Shown: positions 8,198 through 18,003, counted from the stretch's first letter. The stretch is DNA of 64,000 bases from a bacterium (GCA_963651445.1 CAVJPU010000002.1:97489-161488); one strand, 5' to 3'. Numbers and translations are program-made. Notes: generated by a model from the letters alone, not told the origin.

Positions 8198-8209
8198 TAT
8201 TTATAAATA
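8198..8209. promoter_or_regulatory. Back-to-back late promoters TATTTATAAATA (genes 26/25 leftward, 51-54 operon rightward)
   Basis: TATAAATA on + strand at 8202-8209 and on - strand at 8198-8205, in the 26/51 divergent intergenic region. Confidence 0.7.
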
Positions 8210-8238
8210 AATTAAAAATAGATAAGAGTACAAACTGT

Positions 8239-8994
8239 ATGGCAAATATCATTAGATGCAAATTGCCTGATGGACTTCATCGATTCTCACCGTTTCTTGT
8301 AAAAGACTATAGAGATTTTTTACTCATACGTAATGACATGGAAACTAAAGATGAAGATGAACAGGCGGATATAGTCAATGAATTGGCTGAAGAATACTTT
8401 CCTAGTTTTCCTAAAACTTGGCAACAATATATATTCCTAAATGTCTTTACCGGGTCCATCGGTAAAACAAAAATACCTATTGTGTTTAAATGCCCTATTT
8501 GTGGCAAATCACAAAAACGATTATTTAATATATCCCAGCCCCCATTAAAAGCTCCAGAAATAAAACTTTCGGATTCCGTTACACTAAGATTCAAATTCCC
8601 GGAAATTGATCAGAAATCGTTTGAACAATTAATTTTGGACAATATAGAAACGGTAGTCCACGAAAATGAAGAATACGCTTGGGAAACATTGGACCAATCT
8701 ACAAAAGATAGCATTATTGATTTGATAGATATTAATAAATTTGAAACTATTGTTAAGTCTTTAAAGCCAATTCATTTTGAATTAACCGTAAAATGCTGTG
8801 ACACACAAAAATTAGTATATGATAATCTATTTTCTATTTTCAAACTTCTAATAAACCCGGATGAAGTATTTCCATTTTATGAGATCAATAGTATTTTAAT
8901 TAAAAATGGCTATGATCAAAGAGCAATTATGGAAATGCTGCCGGCAGAAAGAAGTATTGCATTATCTCTAATTGAAAAGGATTCTAAAAAATGA
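8239..8994 (+). CDS. 51: Baseplate hub assembly catalyst gp51
   Basis: 251 aa (T4 about 249), position between 26 and 27, CPICGK zinc-type motif. Confidence 0.8.
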   Translation: MANIIRCKLPDGLHRFSPFLVKDYRDFLLIRNDMETKDEDEQADIVNELAEEYFPSFPKTWQQYIFLNVFTGSIGKTKIPIVFKCPICGKSQKRLFNISQPPLKAPEIKLSDSVTLRFKFPEIDQKSFEQLILDNIETVVHENEEYAWETLDQSTKDSIIDLIDINKFETIVKSLKPIHFELTVKCCDTQKLVYDNLFSIFKLLINPDEVFPFYEINSILIKNGYDQRAIMEMLPAERSIALSLIEKDSKK

Positions 8995-10577
8995 CAACCC
9001 AACAACGCCCTGGATTTCCTAATATCGATATTAGGCTTTATGAAGATTATGATGCGTGGACAGAAAATAGACATCTTGACCTTTCGGTAACATTTACCAC
9101 ATTGACTCTGCGTGACGGGCTATATGGTAGAAATGAAGGTATTTTACAATTTTATGATTCTAAAAATCTCCATGCAAAGTTAAGTGGTGAGCAAATTGTC
9201 CAAATATCAATGGCAAACGCCAATACTAAAAATGTAGTAAGCCGGTTTTATGGCTGTAAAGATACTTCTGTTTCGGTGGATGAAAAAGGTGACAACATCC
9301 TTGCCTTTAACCTTGCGCCGTTGCATGAAGTGGAAAATGTTAAATTCTCAAGAGCATTCTTTGCAAATGGCACAGAAACTATTCAAACAATGGTAAAATC
9401 ATTATACTCTAACAGAACAGAAATCATGCCAGCGGTTGATGGCATTAATGTGTATTGCCCTCGCGTTGCTTGGATCGGAACATTGACTGACTACATGGAA
9501 TATATTCGCGAAGTTGGTTTAGCTGTTGAATCAGAAACTCATGCTTTTGTTTGGGAAGATGTTAACGGGATTAACATATCTGATTATAAATCTATTATTG
9601 ACAAAGACCCAAAAGTAATGGTGGTAGGTGATCCTGCACAAATTGGCTCATACGTCCAAGATATGAAATATCCATTAGTATGGGATTTCGTTTGGGAAGC
9701 TAAAACAAATCGAAATGTTCGTAATCCTTTAGAAAATGTTACTGTATATGCCCATTCGTTTAACGATAAAGAAATCCAAAGAATTTCTGTAGGTGAAGGT
9801 ACAAATACTATTGTGGTCAGTAGATCCGGCGGCTATTCTGAAATGACATACCGAAATGGTTATGAAGAAGCATTTAGATTGTTGACAATGGCTCAATATG
9901 ACGGATACGCTACTTGTAAAACCTCTGGTGATTTTACAATAACCCCAGGTACAAAAATTAATTTTGGTGATACTAAAGGTCAATTTAGAACTGATTTTTA
10001 TGTAGACGAAGTCATCCATGTTATTTCTAATAATGCATCAGAAACTCACCTTTACATGTTTACAAATGGTAAAGACATTGTTCCGGTAGAAATCGAAAAA
10101 ATCAAAAACGAAATTGAGAACATTACACCACCTTCTGATACAACTGTCCCGGAAGCATCCGGCGATAGAAAAGGCGCCCAATGGGATTTAGATATAATGG
10201 CAACTGTTGTTACGCGCAATGCACAAGGTCGTAAAGCAACAGGTAAATGTGCGTTATATGTTCGTAAAGCATTACAAGCAGCCCAGTTGAATAATTATTT
10301 TGCCGGCGGCTTAGGCAATGCTAATGAAATGGCCCCTAAGTTAGTTAATATGGGATGGTTGGCTGTAGGACAAAATGTAACAAATGTACGAAAAGGCGAC
10401 ATTGCAATATTCCAGCGTACTAATACTCCATTGGGATCTAAATACGGGCATATTGCAATTTATAATGGATCACAATGGGTATCCGATTTTATCCAAAAGA
10501 GTGTACAACCAAATAGCAAAGATAATTTAACATATACATTATATCGTACTCGTTACGGGTACAGTGCCGGAGCATAA
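8991..10577 (+). CDS. 27: Baseplate hub subunit gp27 with C-terminal CHAP/NlpC-P60-like extension
   Basis: The N-terminal ~375 aa is colinear with remembered T4 gp27 (QRPGFPNIDIRLYEDYDAWTENR..., SRSGGYSEMTYRNGYEEAFRLLTMAQYDGYA..., FYVDEVIHVISNNASETHLYMFTNG). About 140 extra aa carry GKCALYVRKAL ... GDIAIFQ ... GHIAIYNG (Cys/His papain-like pattern). Confidence 0.9.
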   Translation: MTTQQRPGFPNIDIRLYEDYDAWTENRHLDLSVTFTTLTLRDGLYGRNEGILQFYDSKNLHAKLSGEQIVQISMANANTKNVVSRFYGCKDTSVSVDEKGDNILAFNLAPLHEVENVKFSRAFFANGTETIQTMVKSLYSNRTEIMPAVDGINVYCPRVAWIGTLTDYMEYIREVGLAVESETHAFVWEDVNGINISDYKSIIDKDPKVMVVGDPAQIGSYVQDMKYPLVWDFVWEAKTNRNVRNPLENVTVYAHSFNDKEIQRISVGEGTNTIVVSRSGGYSEMTYRNGYEEAFRLLTMAQYDGYATCKTSGDFTITPGTKINFGDTKGQFRTDFYVDEVIHVISNNASETHLYMFTNGKDIVPVEIEKIKNEIENITPPSDTTVPEASGDRKGAQWDLDIMATVVTRNAQGRKATGKCALYVRKALQAAQLNNYFAGGLGNANEMAPKLVNMGWLAVGQNVTNVRKGDIAIFQRTNTPLGSKYGHIAIYNGSQWVSDFIQKSVQPNSKDNLTYTLYRTRYGYSAGA

Positions 10578-10578
10578 T

Positions 10579-11127
10579 ATGGACACAATTCATTTAGACA
10601 TTAAGCCAATTGTTAAAAAAGTAACAATTAATAATAAAGAAGTAAGCGTTCCTATGCTTGGGCTAAAGCACAAAATGTTATTTGATGAAAATTTATCACC
10701 AAGTGCTAATTTAAAGAAACTTTTAAATTTTGTGCAGCCTAACTTATCTGTCGCTGAGCGTGATTTGCTTTGTTTACACATATTAGCTTTTAATGGGCGT
10801 TCTAAAGATAAAGTTATTGTGGATAACGTTACATATACATTAGATGATGTGTATATTAGCCAAAAACTTAAATTTAATATTGGTGATTACGAGTTTAAAT
10901 TTAAATCTCCGGATGTCGAAACTATTGACGGATCAGTGGATTTAATGCTTAAAAACTGCTGTGTATACGTTAAACACCTAGACGAAAAAATCAAAATTCC
11001 TGATTTTTTAGATTTGCCACCATTTGTTATTAATTGGGCAAATGATATTACAAATACAATTTCAATTAAAACTCATAACGGTATTATTGCCGGTATAAAT
11101 GATGTTTTGGAGTTCTTTAATGGATAA
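10579..11127 (+). CDS. 28: Baseplate hub distal subunit gp28
   Basis: Position and size (182 aa; T4 177). ATG 10579 preceded by GGAG is preferred over the GTG at 10564. Confidence 0.75.
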   Translation: MDTIHLDIKPIVKKVTINNKEVSVPMLGLKHKMLFDENLSPSANLKKLLNFVQPNLSVAERDLLCLHILAFNGRSKDKVIVDNVTYTLDDVYISQKLKFNIGDYEFKFKSPDVETIDGSVDLMLKNCCVYVKHLDEKIKIPDFLDLPPFVINWANDITNTISIKTHNGIIAGINDVLEFFNG

Positions 11128-12850
11128 GTTACAACGTATTCCGGCAACGTTGAGACGTCAGGCGCCAACTCAACCGGCCGCCAATGATAGTCAAGATGTG
11201 CCGCAAAATACAAAGGTTTCACAAATGGTAGAAGCTCTAGAAAAAACTAGAACTTCTCCACCGCCTGTGCCTAAAGATGACCCAAAGACATTTGATATTC
11301 CTTTGAATGGTGCAAATGATGCCGAAATAGGTAATCAAGAAACATTAATACAACAAGGCGAAGCTGCTAACGATAGTGCATTTGCAACAGCGACTAACAC
11401 CAAAGAAATTTCTTCTAAATTGACAACATTGTCTAATCAATTAAAAGAGAAATACACAGCGGCAAATGATTCTACAATAGAAAAACCTGATGTTGCAAAA
11501 GATACAACATCGGAAATTTTACAAAAACGTAAAATGGGCGAAGTAGAAACACCTAAATCAGCTGCAGTTGAAGTGGTTAAACAAGAACCAAAACCTTCTG
11601 AAGGATTGTTAGATCAGCCGAACCAAGTTAAAGGCGCCCCATCAGGAACTAATCCAGTGATTACTGCAGTCGATGCGGTAACAACTGCTGTTAAAACTGG
11701 CTTTGGCAAAATCACCGGCTTCGCAGATAAAATATCTTCATTTTTATTCAAAACTTCTATAACAGAAGCTGCTAAAGGCGCCATGATTGCAGCAGCAATA
11801 CTAGGTATTATTATTGCTCTTGATGTTCTTCAAGCGTTATGGCAAAAGTATGGCGACTTGATTTTAGCAAAAATCGAAGACTTAAAAACCGTTTTAGTTC
11901 AATGGTGGACCGAATTAAAAGATTGGGCCGCTTCATGGGTAGATATGAAAAACTCATTTGATATAATGGAAGGGTCATTAGATGAAATGAAGAAAATGTG
12001 GAAAGAAGGCAATTTAGCCGGATTGGCCGGTGCAGTGGGTAGAAGTCTCAAAGACGGAATCATGGCATTAGACGGTGTTTTTAGTAGATCTGTTGCAAAA
12101 TTGTTATCAACTGTCCTTGGTGCACTTGGCTTCAAAGATATGGCTAAGCGCATTGAAGCTTCTGGGCTACAAGATTGGTCAAATGGTACTAAAGGATCTA
12201 TGTCAAAAGATAATCAAACCAAATTAGCTAAGCAGCAAATTGAAGATGAAAAAGGAAGTGGTCGGACACCTACATCTTGGAAAACTAAATCATGGCTTCC
12301 TGATAAAGCAAATTACGAAATGGGATATATTTCCAAAGACGAATATGGTCAAATTGAAGCAGAAAAGAAAGATAAAGCACAACGCCAAGCTTTGCCTTAT
12401 GACCAACAAGTTCAAGTTGTTGCTGCAGGTAATGAAGCAAGAAATGCAATCGATAGATATAAAACTATTACTGCCCGTTTAGATCCAAAAGATCCGGCAT
12501 CGGCTAAGCGTATAAATGACTTAAAGCAAGAAGCGGTTACCGCAGTCAATAACCCTGCTCTTGATAATGCACCTAATGTTAAAGCAGAGCTTCAAAATCA
12601 AATAAATAATGTAGGAAAACAGGCTAGTGTGAGTCCAGAGACATCTGGTTCTAGTTTAGACACAATAAAAGCAAAAGCAATCAAAGCCGTAGATGCCGTT
12701 AAAGGTGCTGCTGCCACAGCTGGAGCGATTTTGACTACACCTGCTGCCATAACAACTAATATTATCAAAAACAGCAGAAGTGTAAATGTCCAAACTCCTG
12801 TTACAAATACTAGAGCACCTGGTGTGTATAAAGCAACTGGTGTAAATTAA
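11120..12850 (+). CDS. 29: Baseplate hub subunit / tail length determinator gp29
   Basis: About 576 aa (T4 590), low-complexity N-terminal half, hydrophobic central segment. Position is 28-29-48. ATG 11120 has GGAG 7 nt upstream. Confidence 0.8.
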   Translation: MDKLQRIPATLRRQAPTQPAANDSQDVPQNTKVSQMVEALEKTRTSPPPVPKDDPKTFDIPLNGANDAEIGNQETLIQQGEAANDSAFATATNTKEISSKLTTLSNQLKEKYTAANDSTIEKPDVAKDTTSEILQKRKMGEVETPKSAAVEVVKQEPKPSEGLLDQPNQVKGAPSGTNPVITAVDAVTTAVKTGFGKITGFADKISSFLFKTSITEAAKGAMIAAAILGIIIALDVLQALWQKYGDLILAKIEDLKTVLVQWWTELKDWAASWVDMKNSFDIMEGSLDEMKKMWKEGNLAGLAGAVGRSLKDGIMALDGVFSRSVAKLLSTVLGALGFKDMAKRIEASGLQDWSNGTKGSMSKDNQTKLAKQQIEDEKGSGRTPTSWKTKSWLPDKANYEMGYISKDEYGQIEAEKKDKAQRQALPYDQQVQVVAAGNEARNAIDRYKTITARLDPKDPASAKRINDLKQEAVTAVNNPALDNAPNVKAELQNQINNVGKQASVSPETSGSSLDTIKAKAIKAVDAVKGAAATAGAILTTPAAITTNIIKNSRSVNVQTPVTNTRAPGVYKATGVN

Positions 12851-12859
12851 GGAATTATT

Positions 12860-13954
12860 ATGCAAGTTAAAGAACTCACATCTTCTGGTGGATTTCTTGA
12901 ACAAGCCGGCAGTATTATTGCTGCCGGCCAAAGTCAGCAATCGAAAGAAGTGAAAACAAAGGTAATGACGGCCCAGTATCCTGCCGAGCGAGCGGCCTCG
13001 GTGGATACTGCTGATAATGTAGAAGTTGGCCAAACATATCAAAATGGATTATTATTTACTGCATACGAATACGCTTCTAGAACTACACCGGATTTACGTG
13101 CTATGAGAACCGCTCAACAATCGGCATCAAAAATCTTAAAAACGGTTCAAAAGGCAAAAACGGCCCTTCAAACAGTAACGAACAACGCAAAAAATAGTAC
13201 GAATACCACTACTAAAGAACCAGTGGCCAATATTTTGATGCCACGTTCAAAATCGGATAATGATACAACATCTCACAAATTTAACGATGTTGGTGAATCG
13301 TTGATCACACGTGGTAATGGTACAGCAACAGGTATTTTATCAAATATCGCATCTACGGCTGTGTTTGGTGCAATTGATGCAGCAACAAAAGGTGTAATGG
13401 CGGATTATGGTGAACAGATCTACAACACATCCCGATCAATGTATGCGGGTGCAGACAATAGAACTAAAACTTATACATGGGACTTGACACCTCGTTCAGC
13501 TGAAGATCTTATGCAAATTTTAAAAATCTATGAGATCTTTAATTTTTATTCTTATGGTATGACCGGCAATTCACAATTCGCTAAAAGCATTAAAGACCAA
13601 ATTGACAAAGCATATAGAACTAAAATCATAAAACCTATTAATGATGCTACGGGTACAACTACACAAAAGACTGTAATGGAATCAGTTACATCATTCTTGT
13701 CTAATGTTATTGTTGTATCTAACCCAACTGTATGGTTTATTCAAAATTTTGGTACTACATCTAATTTTGACGGCCTTTCAGATATATTTGGCCCGGCACA
13801 AATATCTAATATTCGTTTTGATAAAGCATCTGATGGTAATTTTAATGGCCTTGCGATTGCACCAAATATGCCGTCGTCATTTGTATTAGAGATTACATTT
13901 AGAGAAATTCTTACACTCAATAGAGCGTCAGTTTATGGAGAAGACATACTATGA
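12860..13954 (+). CDS. 48: Baseplate tail tube cap gp48
   Basis: 364 aa (same as T4 gp48); position. Confidence 0.8.
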   Translation: MQVKELTSSGGFLEQAGSIIAAGQSQQSKEVKTKVMTAQYPAERAASVDTADNVEVGQTYQNGLLFTAYEYASRTTPDLRAMRTAQQSASKILKTVQKAKTALQTVTNNAKNSTNTTTKEPVANILMPRSKSDNDTTSHKFNDVGESLITRGNGTATGILSNIASTAVFGAIDAATKGVMADYGEQIYNTSRSMYAGADNRTKTYTWDLTPRSAEDLMQILKIYEIFNFYSYGMTGNSQFAKSIKDQIDKAYRTKIIKPINDATGTTTQKTVMESVTSFLSNVIVVSNPTVWFIQNFGTTSNFDGLSDIFGPAQISNIRFDKASDGNFNGLAIAPNMPSSFVLEITFREILTLNRASVYGEDIL

Positions 13955-14829
13955 CAAATACTGCATTGGCGTTGACATTAGAAGAGTTCAATAGCCAAGT
14001 GGCAAATATGGATTTCCAAAGAACAAATATGTTTTCTATGCATTTTGCCACAAAACCATCGTCAAAATCACAAACATATCTAAGCACATTATCTTCTAGC
14101 AATTCGGATACAATTAAATCAACACTTAATTCATTGGGTGTAACAAACGAAAATATCCAAAATGCTTTAGTTTCTGTAATTACAATTGGTACTCAGAAAA
14201 TTGTAAGAAAGGCAGGAGTAAGCACGGTGCTTTTAGGTGCAATGACAAGCCGAGTAGTACAATCACTACTCGGCGCTTTGCCGGTAGGTACATTTTTATT
14301 AGATTATTTTAATTCGGCATTTCCTACTTCGGGACTAATGGTCCAATCATGTAAAATTCCAGACAATCATATTAATTTTGAAATGGACAGATTACATAAT
14401 GCTCCTAACATTAAGTTGATGGGAAGAGACTTTGAACCATTGGTTATTACGTTTAGGATGGATTCAGAAGCAGCTAATTGGCGAGCTATGAACGATTGGG
14501 TAAATGCAGTAGAAAATCCAATTAACGGTCTTAGAGCACTTCCTGTCGATGTAGAAGCAGATATTCAAATAAATTTGCACAATCGTAATGGATATCCTCA
14601 TACCGCATACGTTTTTACTGGGTGTGTTCCTGTGATTATAGGAGGTCCACAGATTTCTTATGAAGATAATAATCAAATTTCTGTGTTTGATATGACATTT
14701 GCATATAGAAGCGTATCTGTTGGTGCTGTGAGTGAAGCAGCTGCAAAAGAATGGATGGAAGATACAACAGTTGATATTATTAAAAGTACAACTAATCCAA
14801 ATATGAATGTTGCGAGTAGATTAGTATAA
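13951..14829 (+). CDS. 54: Baseplate tail tube initiator gp54
   Basis: 292 aa, overlaps the gene 48 stop (ATGA), last gene of the hub operon as in T4. Confidence 0.8.
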   Translation: MTNTALALTLEEFNSQVANMDFQRTNMFSMHFATKPSSKSQTYLSTLSSSNSDTIKSTLNSLGVTNENIQNALVSVITIGTQKIVRKAGVSTVLLGAMTSRVVQSLLGALPVGTFLLDYFNSAFPTSGLMVQSCKIPDNHINFEMDRLHNAPNIKLMGRDFEPLVITFRMDSEAANWRAMNDWVNAVENPINGLRALPVDVEADIQINLHNRNGYPHTAYVFTGCVPVIIGGPQISYEDNNQISVFDMTFAYRSVSVGAVSEAAAKEWMEDTTVDIIKSTTNPNMNVASRLV

Positions 14830-14836
14830 ACACCAA

Positions 14837-14860
14837 AATGGGACTCAATCGAGTCCCATT
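14837..14860. terminator. Palindromic bidirectional terminator AATGGGACTCAATCGAGTCCCATT (copy 3 of 3, one loop change)
   Basis: Same hairpin as 339-362 and 6032-6055, between convergent gene 54 and the 14865 ORF. Confidence 0.8.
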
Positions 14861-14864
14861 TTTA

Positions 14865-15053
14865 TTATCCTGGAAGTAATTTGGCTCGTCGATATACTTT
14901 GACGTCACCCAAATTTTCTTCATTAATAATAGATTCAATAAATCGTTCAGCCACCCTTTCTGATGGGAATTCGACTTGTTCTGTAGAAATAGATACACCT
15001 TGAGTTGATGCATTCGGCGAGTATGCAATTGTTTCATATAATACTGTTGTCAT
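14865..15053 (-). CDS. Hypothetical small protein
   Basis: 62-aa ORF immediately downstream of the ligase gene (stop/start adjacency at 15053/15054). Confidence 0.5.
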   Translation of the reverse strand: MTTVLYETIAYSPNASTQGVSISTEQVEFPSERVAERFIESIINEENLGDVKVYRRAKLLPG

Positions 15054-16565
15054 TTAAACCTCTAATTCATTTAATGCTGCTGGGAAAATATCTGCTAATG
15101 CATTCGTATCTGTTTTATCATAACGGATGCTTGTAATTACCGGTAAAAATAAACTTACGGAATCTTTACGACCAGCTGCCGTGATGTATCCATTACATTT
15201 AATTTCTACGATTGAACCAATAAGCTCATCCGCATTTAACCATAATTTTTCTCGGTTCAACTCATCGCGTTCTGACATTGGAATGTTGACAAGTATTTTA
15301 CCATCTTTTCGGGTATTGGTATCAGTAAACCCAGACCCACAACGAACTTTAATTAAGTTATCATCACTTGCTAGGTGAACTGCACCAAGTTTGCCCATAT
15401 CTTTACTATGTTCTTGGATATCTACAATTCGAAGATCTACTGTAATCTCTTCTTTGAATTTGACTTGATTTTTAGAACGTTTATTTTCCCATAACCCAAA
15501 AGTATTTTTAAGAATAATACCCTCAAGCCCTTGACTCACATACGATTTATAAATCGCTTTGGCTTCGTCAATATCTTCAACAAGCTCATTTTCAATTACG
15601 ATAATTCGTTTAGATTTATTGGCCATTTCTGTCAATTGTTCAAACCGTTTACTATACGTTAACGATTGTTCATTATCGTAAATCACTTTAAGCGGAACAA
15701 CATCCCAAACTTGGAAACTCATTGCAGAAGATTCTTGTTTAGTAATAGTTCCTTTAAGTGATTTATTCGCGATGCCGTTTGATTCAGAACGCAAGGCCAC
15801 TACAGGTTTGGTTTCTTTATCAGAAGTAACAATTGCGGTACCTGTAACTTCTTCATTATTCATCATCCATTCGATACCAACTGCTTGATTGCCGGTAGCT
15901 TTAGATGCAAAGTAAACCAGTTCACCATCAACCATACATGGTCCATGGACACCACGGTATGCAGCGGTCATTGAAATGAGCTCAGATTTTACCATATCTA
16001 AGTTCAAATATTCATTGCCGGCTCGGGAAAGCAATTTGACGTCGTCTAAAGTATCACCTCGGATTTCTGCAAAACATCGAGCGCCATCCGCTTTTAACTG
16101 GGCCATTGCCGGGAATGTAATGTTAGCTATTGCCTGTTCGCTCATAGATGATGCTAGCATTTGCGGTTGTTTTGGAATTAAATTTTTCCAAACTTTATTA
16201 GCTAATGTGCTAGAAGCACCACAGTTAAGATCACGTTTAATAATTAATTTTAGAACTTCTGCGTCATCGCTAGATAAACGCTCTAGAATTTCAACTAATT
16301 TGGAAATAGCTGCTCGACCAGTCAATTTCCGTGGCGATAACGTGAATTCTAAATAATCTAATGCATCTTCTAATGTTCCAGAACTATCAACTTGATCATA
16401 ATGCGGAATTTTCTTGATTCCGTATTGCAATCGTGGGTGATATGCCATTTTATATACACGTTTTAACAAATCATTATCTTCATATGTTTTCAAAATTGCC
16501 AATTTAGCATTTGTTGAATCATCCTTGCCGATAAGATTTAAAACAGTAAAAATAATACTACTCAT
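15054..16565 (-). CDS. 30: ATP-dependent DNA ligase gp30
   Basis: Adenylation motif AQLKADGARCF, EGIILK motif IV region, 503 aa (T4 487), position after gene 54. Confidence 0.9.
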   Translation of the reverse strand: MSSIIFTVLNLIGKDDSTNAKLAILKTYEDNDLLKRVYKMAYHPRLQYGIKKIPHYDQVDSSGTLEDALDYLEFTLSPRKLTGRAAISKLVEILERLSSDDAEVLKLIIKRDLNCGASSTLANKVWKNLIPKQPQMLASSMSEQAIANITFPAMAQLKADGARCFAEIRGDTLDDVKLLSRAGNEYLNLDMVKSELISMTAAYRGVHGPCMVDGELVYFASKATGNQAVGIEWMMNNEEVTGTAIVTSDKETKPVVALRSESNGIANKSLKGTITKQESSAMSFQVWDVVPLKVIYDNEQSLTYSKRFEQLTEMANKSKRIIVIENELVEDIDEAKAIYKSYVSQGLEGIILKNTFGLWENKRSKNQVKFKEEITVDLRIVDIQEHSKDMGKLGAVHLASDDNLIKVRCGSGFTDTNTRKDGKILVNIPMSERDELNREKLWLNADELIGSIVEIKCNGYITAAGRKDSVSLFLPVITSIRYDKTDTNALADIFPAALNELEV

Positions 16566-16819
16566 TTAAAGTCACCAATATCCGAATGTGATAGTGTAAT
16601 TGTACCAACATTTTCTAAAAAATGTTGATATGCTTTCATTTGGGTAATAGACTGTTCAAGACATGTTAGTAACAACTTATCATAAGTATTTGTTTCTGCG
16701 CGTCGTTCAATAATATCTTTAATAGAACATTTTGTGACGACATTCTTTGCATGAAAGTACTCAATAATCAAATCGCATGTTGATGTTTTAGGGCCTTTAG
16801 TCTTCACTATGCTCACCAT
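16562..16819 (-). CDS. Hypothetical protein
   Basis: 85-aa ORF overlapping the ligase start by 4 nt. Confidence 0.55.
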   Translation of the reverse strand: MVSIVKTKGPKTSTCDLIIEYFHAKNVVTKCSIKDIIERRAETNTYDKLLLTCLEQSITQMKAYQHFLENVGTITLSHSDIGDFK

Positions 16820-17285
16820 ATAAAAGTTCCAATGAAAGTGCGTGGTCTTTACGTAAATTGTCCAATTGAGTAATAAACTCTTTTTCGGTTAAAATAGTGT
16901 CAAATGGATCCGATTTGCCGATTTTATGAGTCAGAGTCATATGGCGTGTTTGATACAAATATTCTTGCATTTTCTCATTTTGAGAAAAACAAGTTGTATA
17001 TGCAGTCCGTAAAAGATTCTGATAAAATTCGCTATGTCTATTAAATGGCTTACCGATATAATATAATGTATCATTTTTAACAGAATATAGACGTCCAACT
17101 TGCTTTGCAAAAGGACCGTGCATTTCAAAAATTTGAGCTTGCTCTTCGATGTCCTGCGCTTTTAAGCCTTGCAGAAATCCTTCAATAGAAGCAAAAAAGT
17201 GCCCATCCATTAAGAAAGGCTTTTTAGTTAAATTACTTAAATATCCTGCTGCGCCTGGCCTATTGCTATTAATATCTAATTCCAT
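16797..17285 (-). CDS. NADAR (DUF1768/YbiA)-like protein, putative
   Basis: GYLSNLTKKPFLMDGHFFASIEGFLQGLKA resembles the YbiA N-terminal motif (FSNF...P...G..[FW].[ST].EH.FQA.K). It has its own early promoter and sits after a terminator. Confidence 0.4.
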   Translation of the reverse strand: MELDINSNRPGAAGYLSNLTKKPFLMDGHFFASIEGFLQGLKAQDIEEQAQIFEMHGPFAKQVGRLYSVKNDTLYYIGKPFNRHSEFYQNLLRTAYTTCFSQNEKMQEYLYQTRHMTLTHKIGKSDPFDTILTEKEFITQLDNLRKDHALSLELLYGEHSED

Positions 17286-17316
17286 ATTAAATCCATCGTA
17301 TTTTGATATTAGAAGT

Positions 17317-17345
17317 ATTATACTACAGATTTCTACCGTTGTAAA
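17317..17345 (-). promoter_or_regulatory. Early promoter TTTACA-N17-TATAAT
   Basis: -35 at 17340-17345 and -10 at 17317-17322 on the minus strand, directly after terminator 17357-17382. Confidence 0.65.
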
Positions 17346-17356
17346 TAATTAAATGC

Positions 17357-17382
17357 AAAAAGGAGCCAAAAGGCTCCTTTTT
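17357..17382. terminator. Intrinsic terminator AAAAAGGAGCC-AAAA-GGCTCCTTTTT
   Basis: 11-bp stem including A/T runs, overlapping the stop of the 17381 ORF. Confidence 0.75.
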
Positions 17383-17683
17383 ATTTGAAATATTTTAAAT
17401 CAGATTCATTGATCAGTACACTCTGACACCCATCACCAAATGCAGAGTACTCATTTACAAAAAACCCAGACTCGGACATTTTAATAAGTTTGAGATGGGT
17501 ATTCGATGCTTCTAAAATGATAAAGTCTTTAAGCTCTTTACCAGATTCGCTAATACAACTCATACCCGGTTCACGTTGTGAATTGGCTGCAATTAACTCG
17601 CGGCTCAATTGTTTAGGTGTTGCCGAGCGACCTTTGTTTAATGCGACTTTTGATTCTTCAAGAATTTGATTAAATGTTTTCAT
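17381..17683 (-). CDS. Hypothetical protein
   Basis: 100-aa ORF in the early gene array. Confidence 0.6.
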   Translation of the reverse strand: MKTFNQILEESKVALNKGRSATPKQLSRELIAANSQREPGMSCISESGKELKDFIILEASNTHLKLIKMSESGFFVNEYSAFGDGCQSVLINESDLKYFK

Positions 17684-17691
17684 TTACTTTC

Positions 17692-18003
17692 CTAACTCTG
17701 TGCATTATTTATAGGAATATGTATAGAATTCCATAAATCTCTATACATTTCCACTGATTCGAAATGATATTCGCTTTCTTCTTTTTCTATATGCGTATAT
17801 TGAAAAACTTGGTCCGTGTTTTGAAGGATGACACTTCCTTTAATAGGAGTACCGTCAAACTTAAGAACTTCAGATCCGACTTCACGGCCAGAATTTATCT
17901 TTACAAATCGATAATCTTTTTCGCCTAAACTCCTAGGAGTATACAACTCATGCGGATATCCGGCATCTCTAGCATCTTCGAAAAGAGATTTAAATGTAAT
18001 CAT
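17692..18003 (-). CDS. Hypothetical protein
   Basis: 103-aa ORF; its start overlaps the upstream ORF stop. Confidence 0.6.
   Translation of the reverse strand: MITFKSLFEDARDAGYPHELYTPRSLGEKDYRFVKINSGREVGSEVLKFDGTPIKGSVILQNTDQVFQYTHIEKEESEYHFESVEMYRDLWNSIHIPINNAQS

Noticed and set aside
14792-15037. ORF 14792-15037 (81 aa) overlapping ORF 14865-15053.
   Set aside because: It runs through the bidirectional terminator hairpin and overlaps the better-placed 62-aa ORF in another frame.
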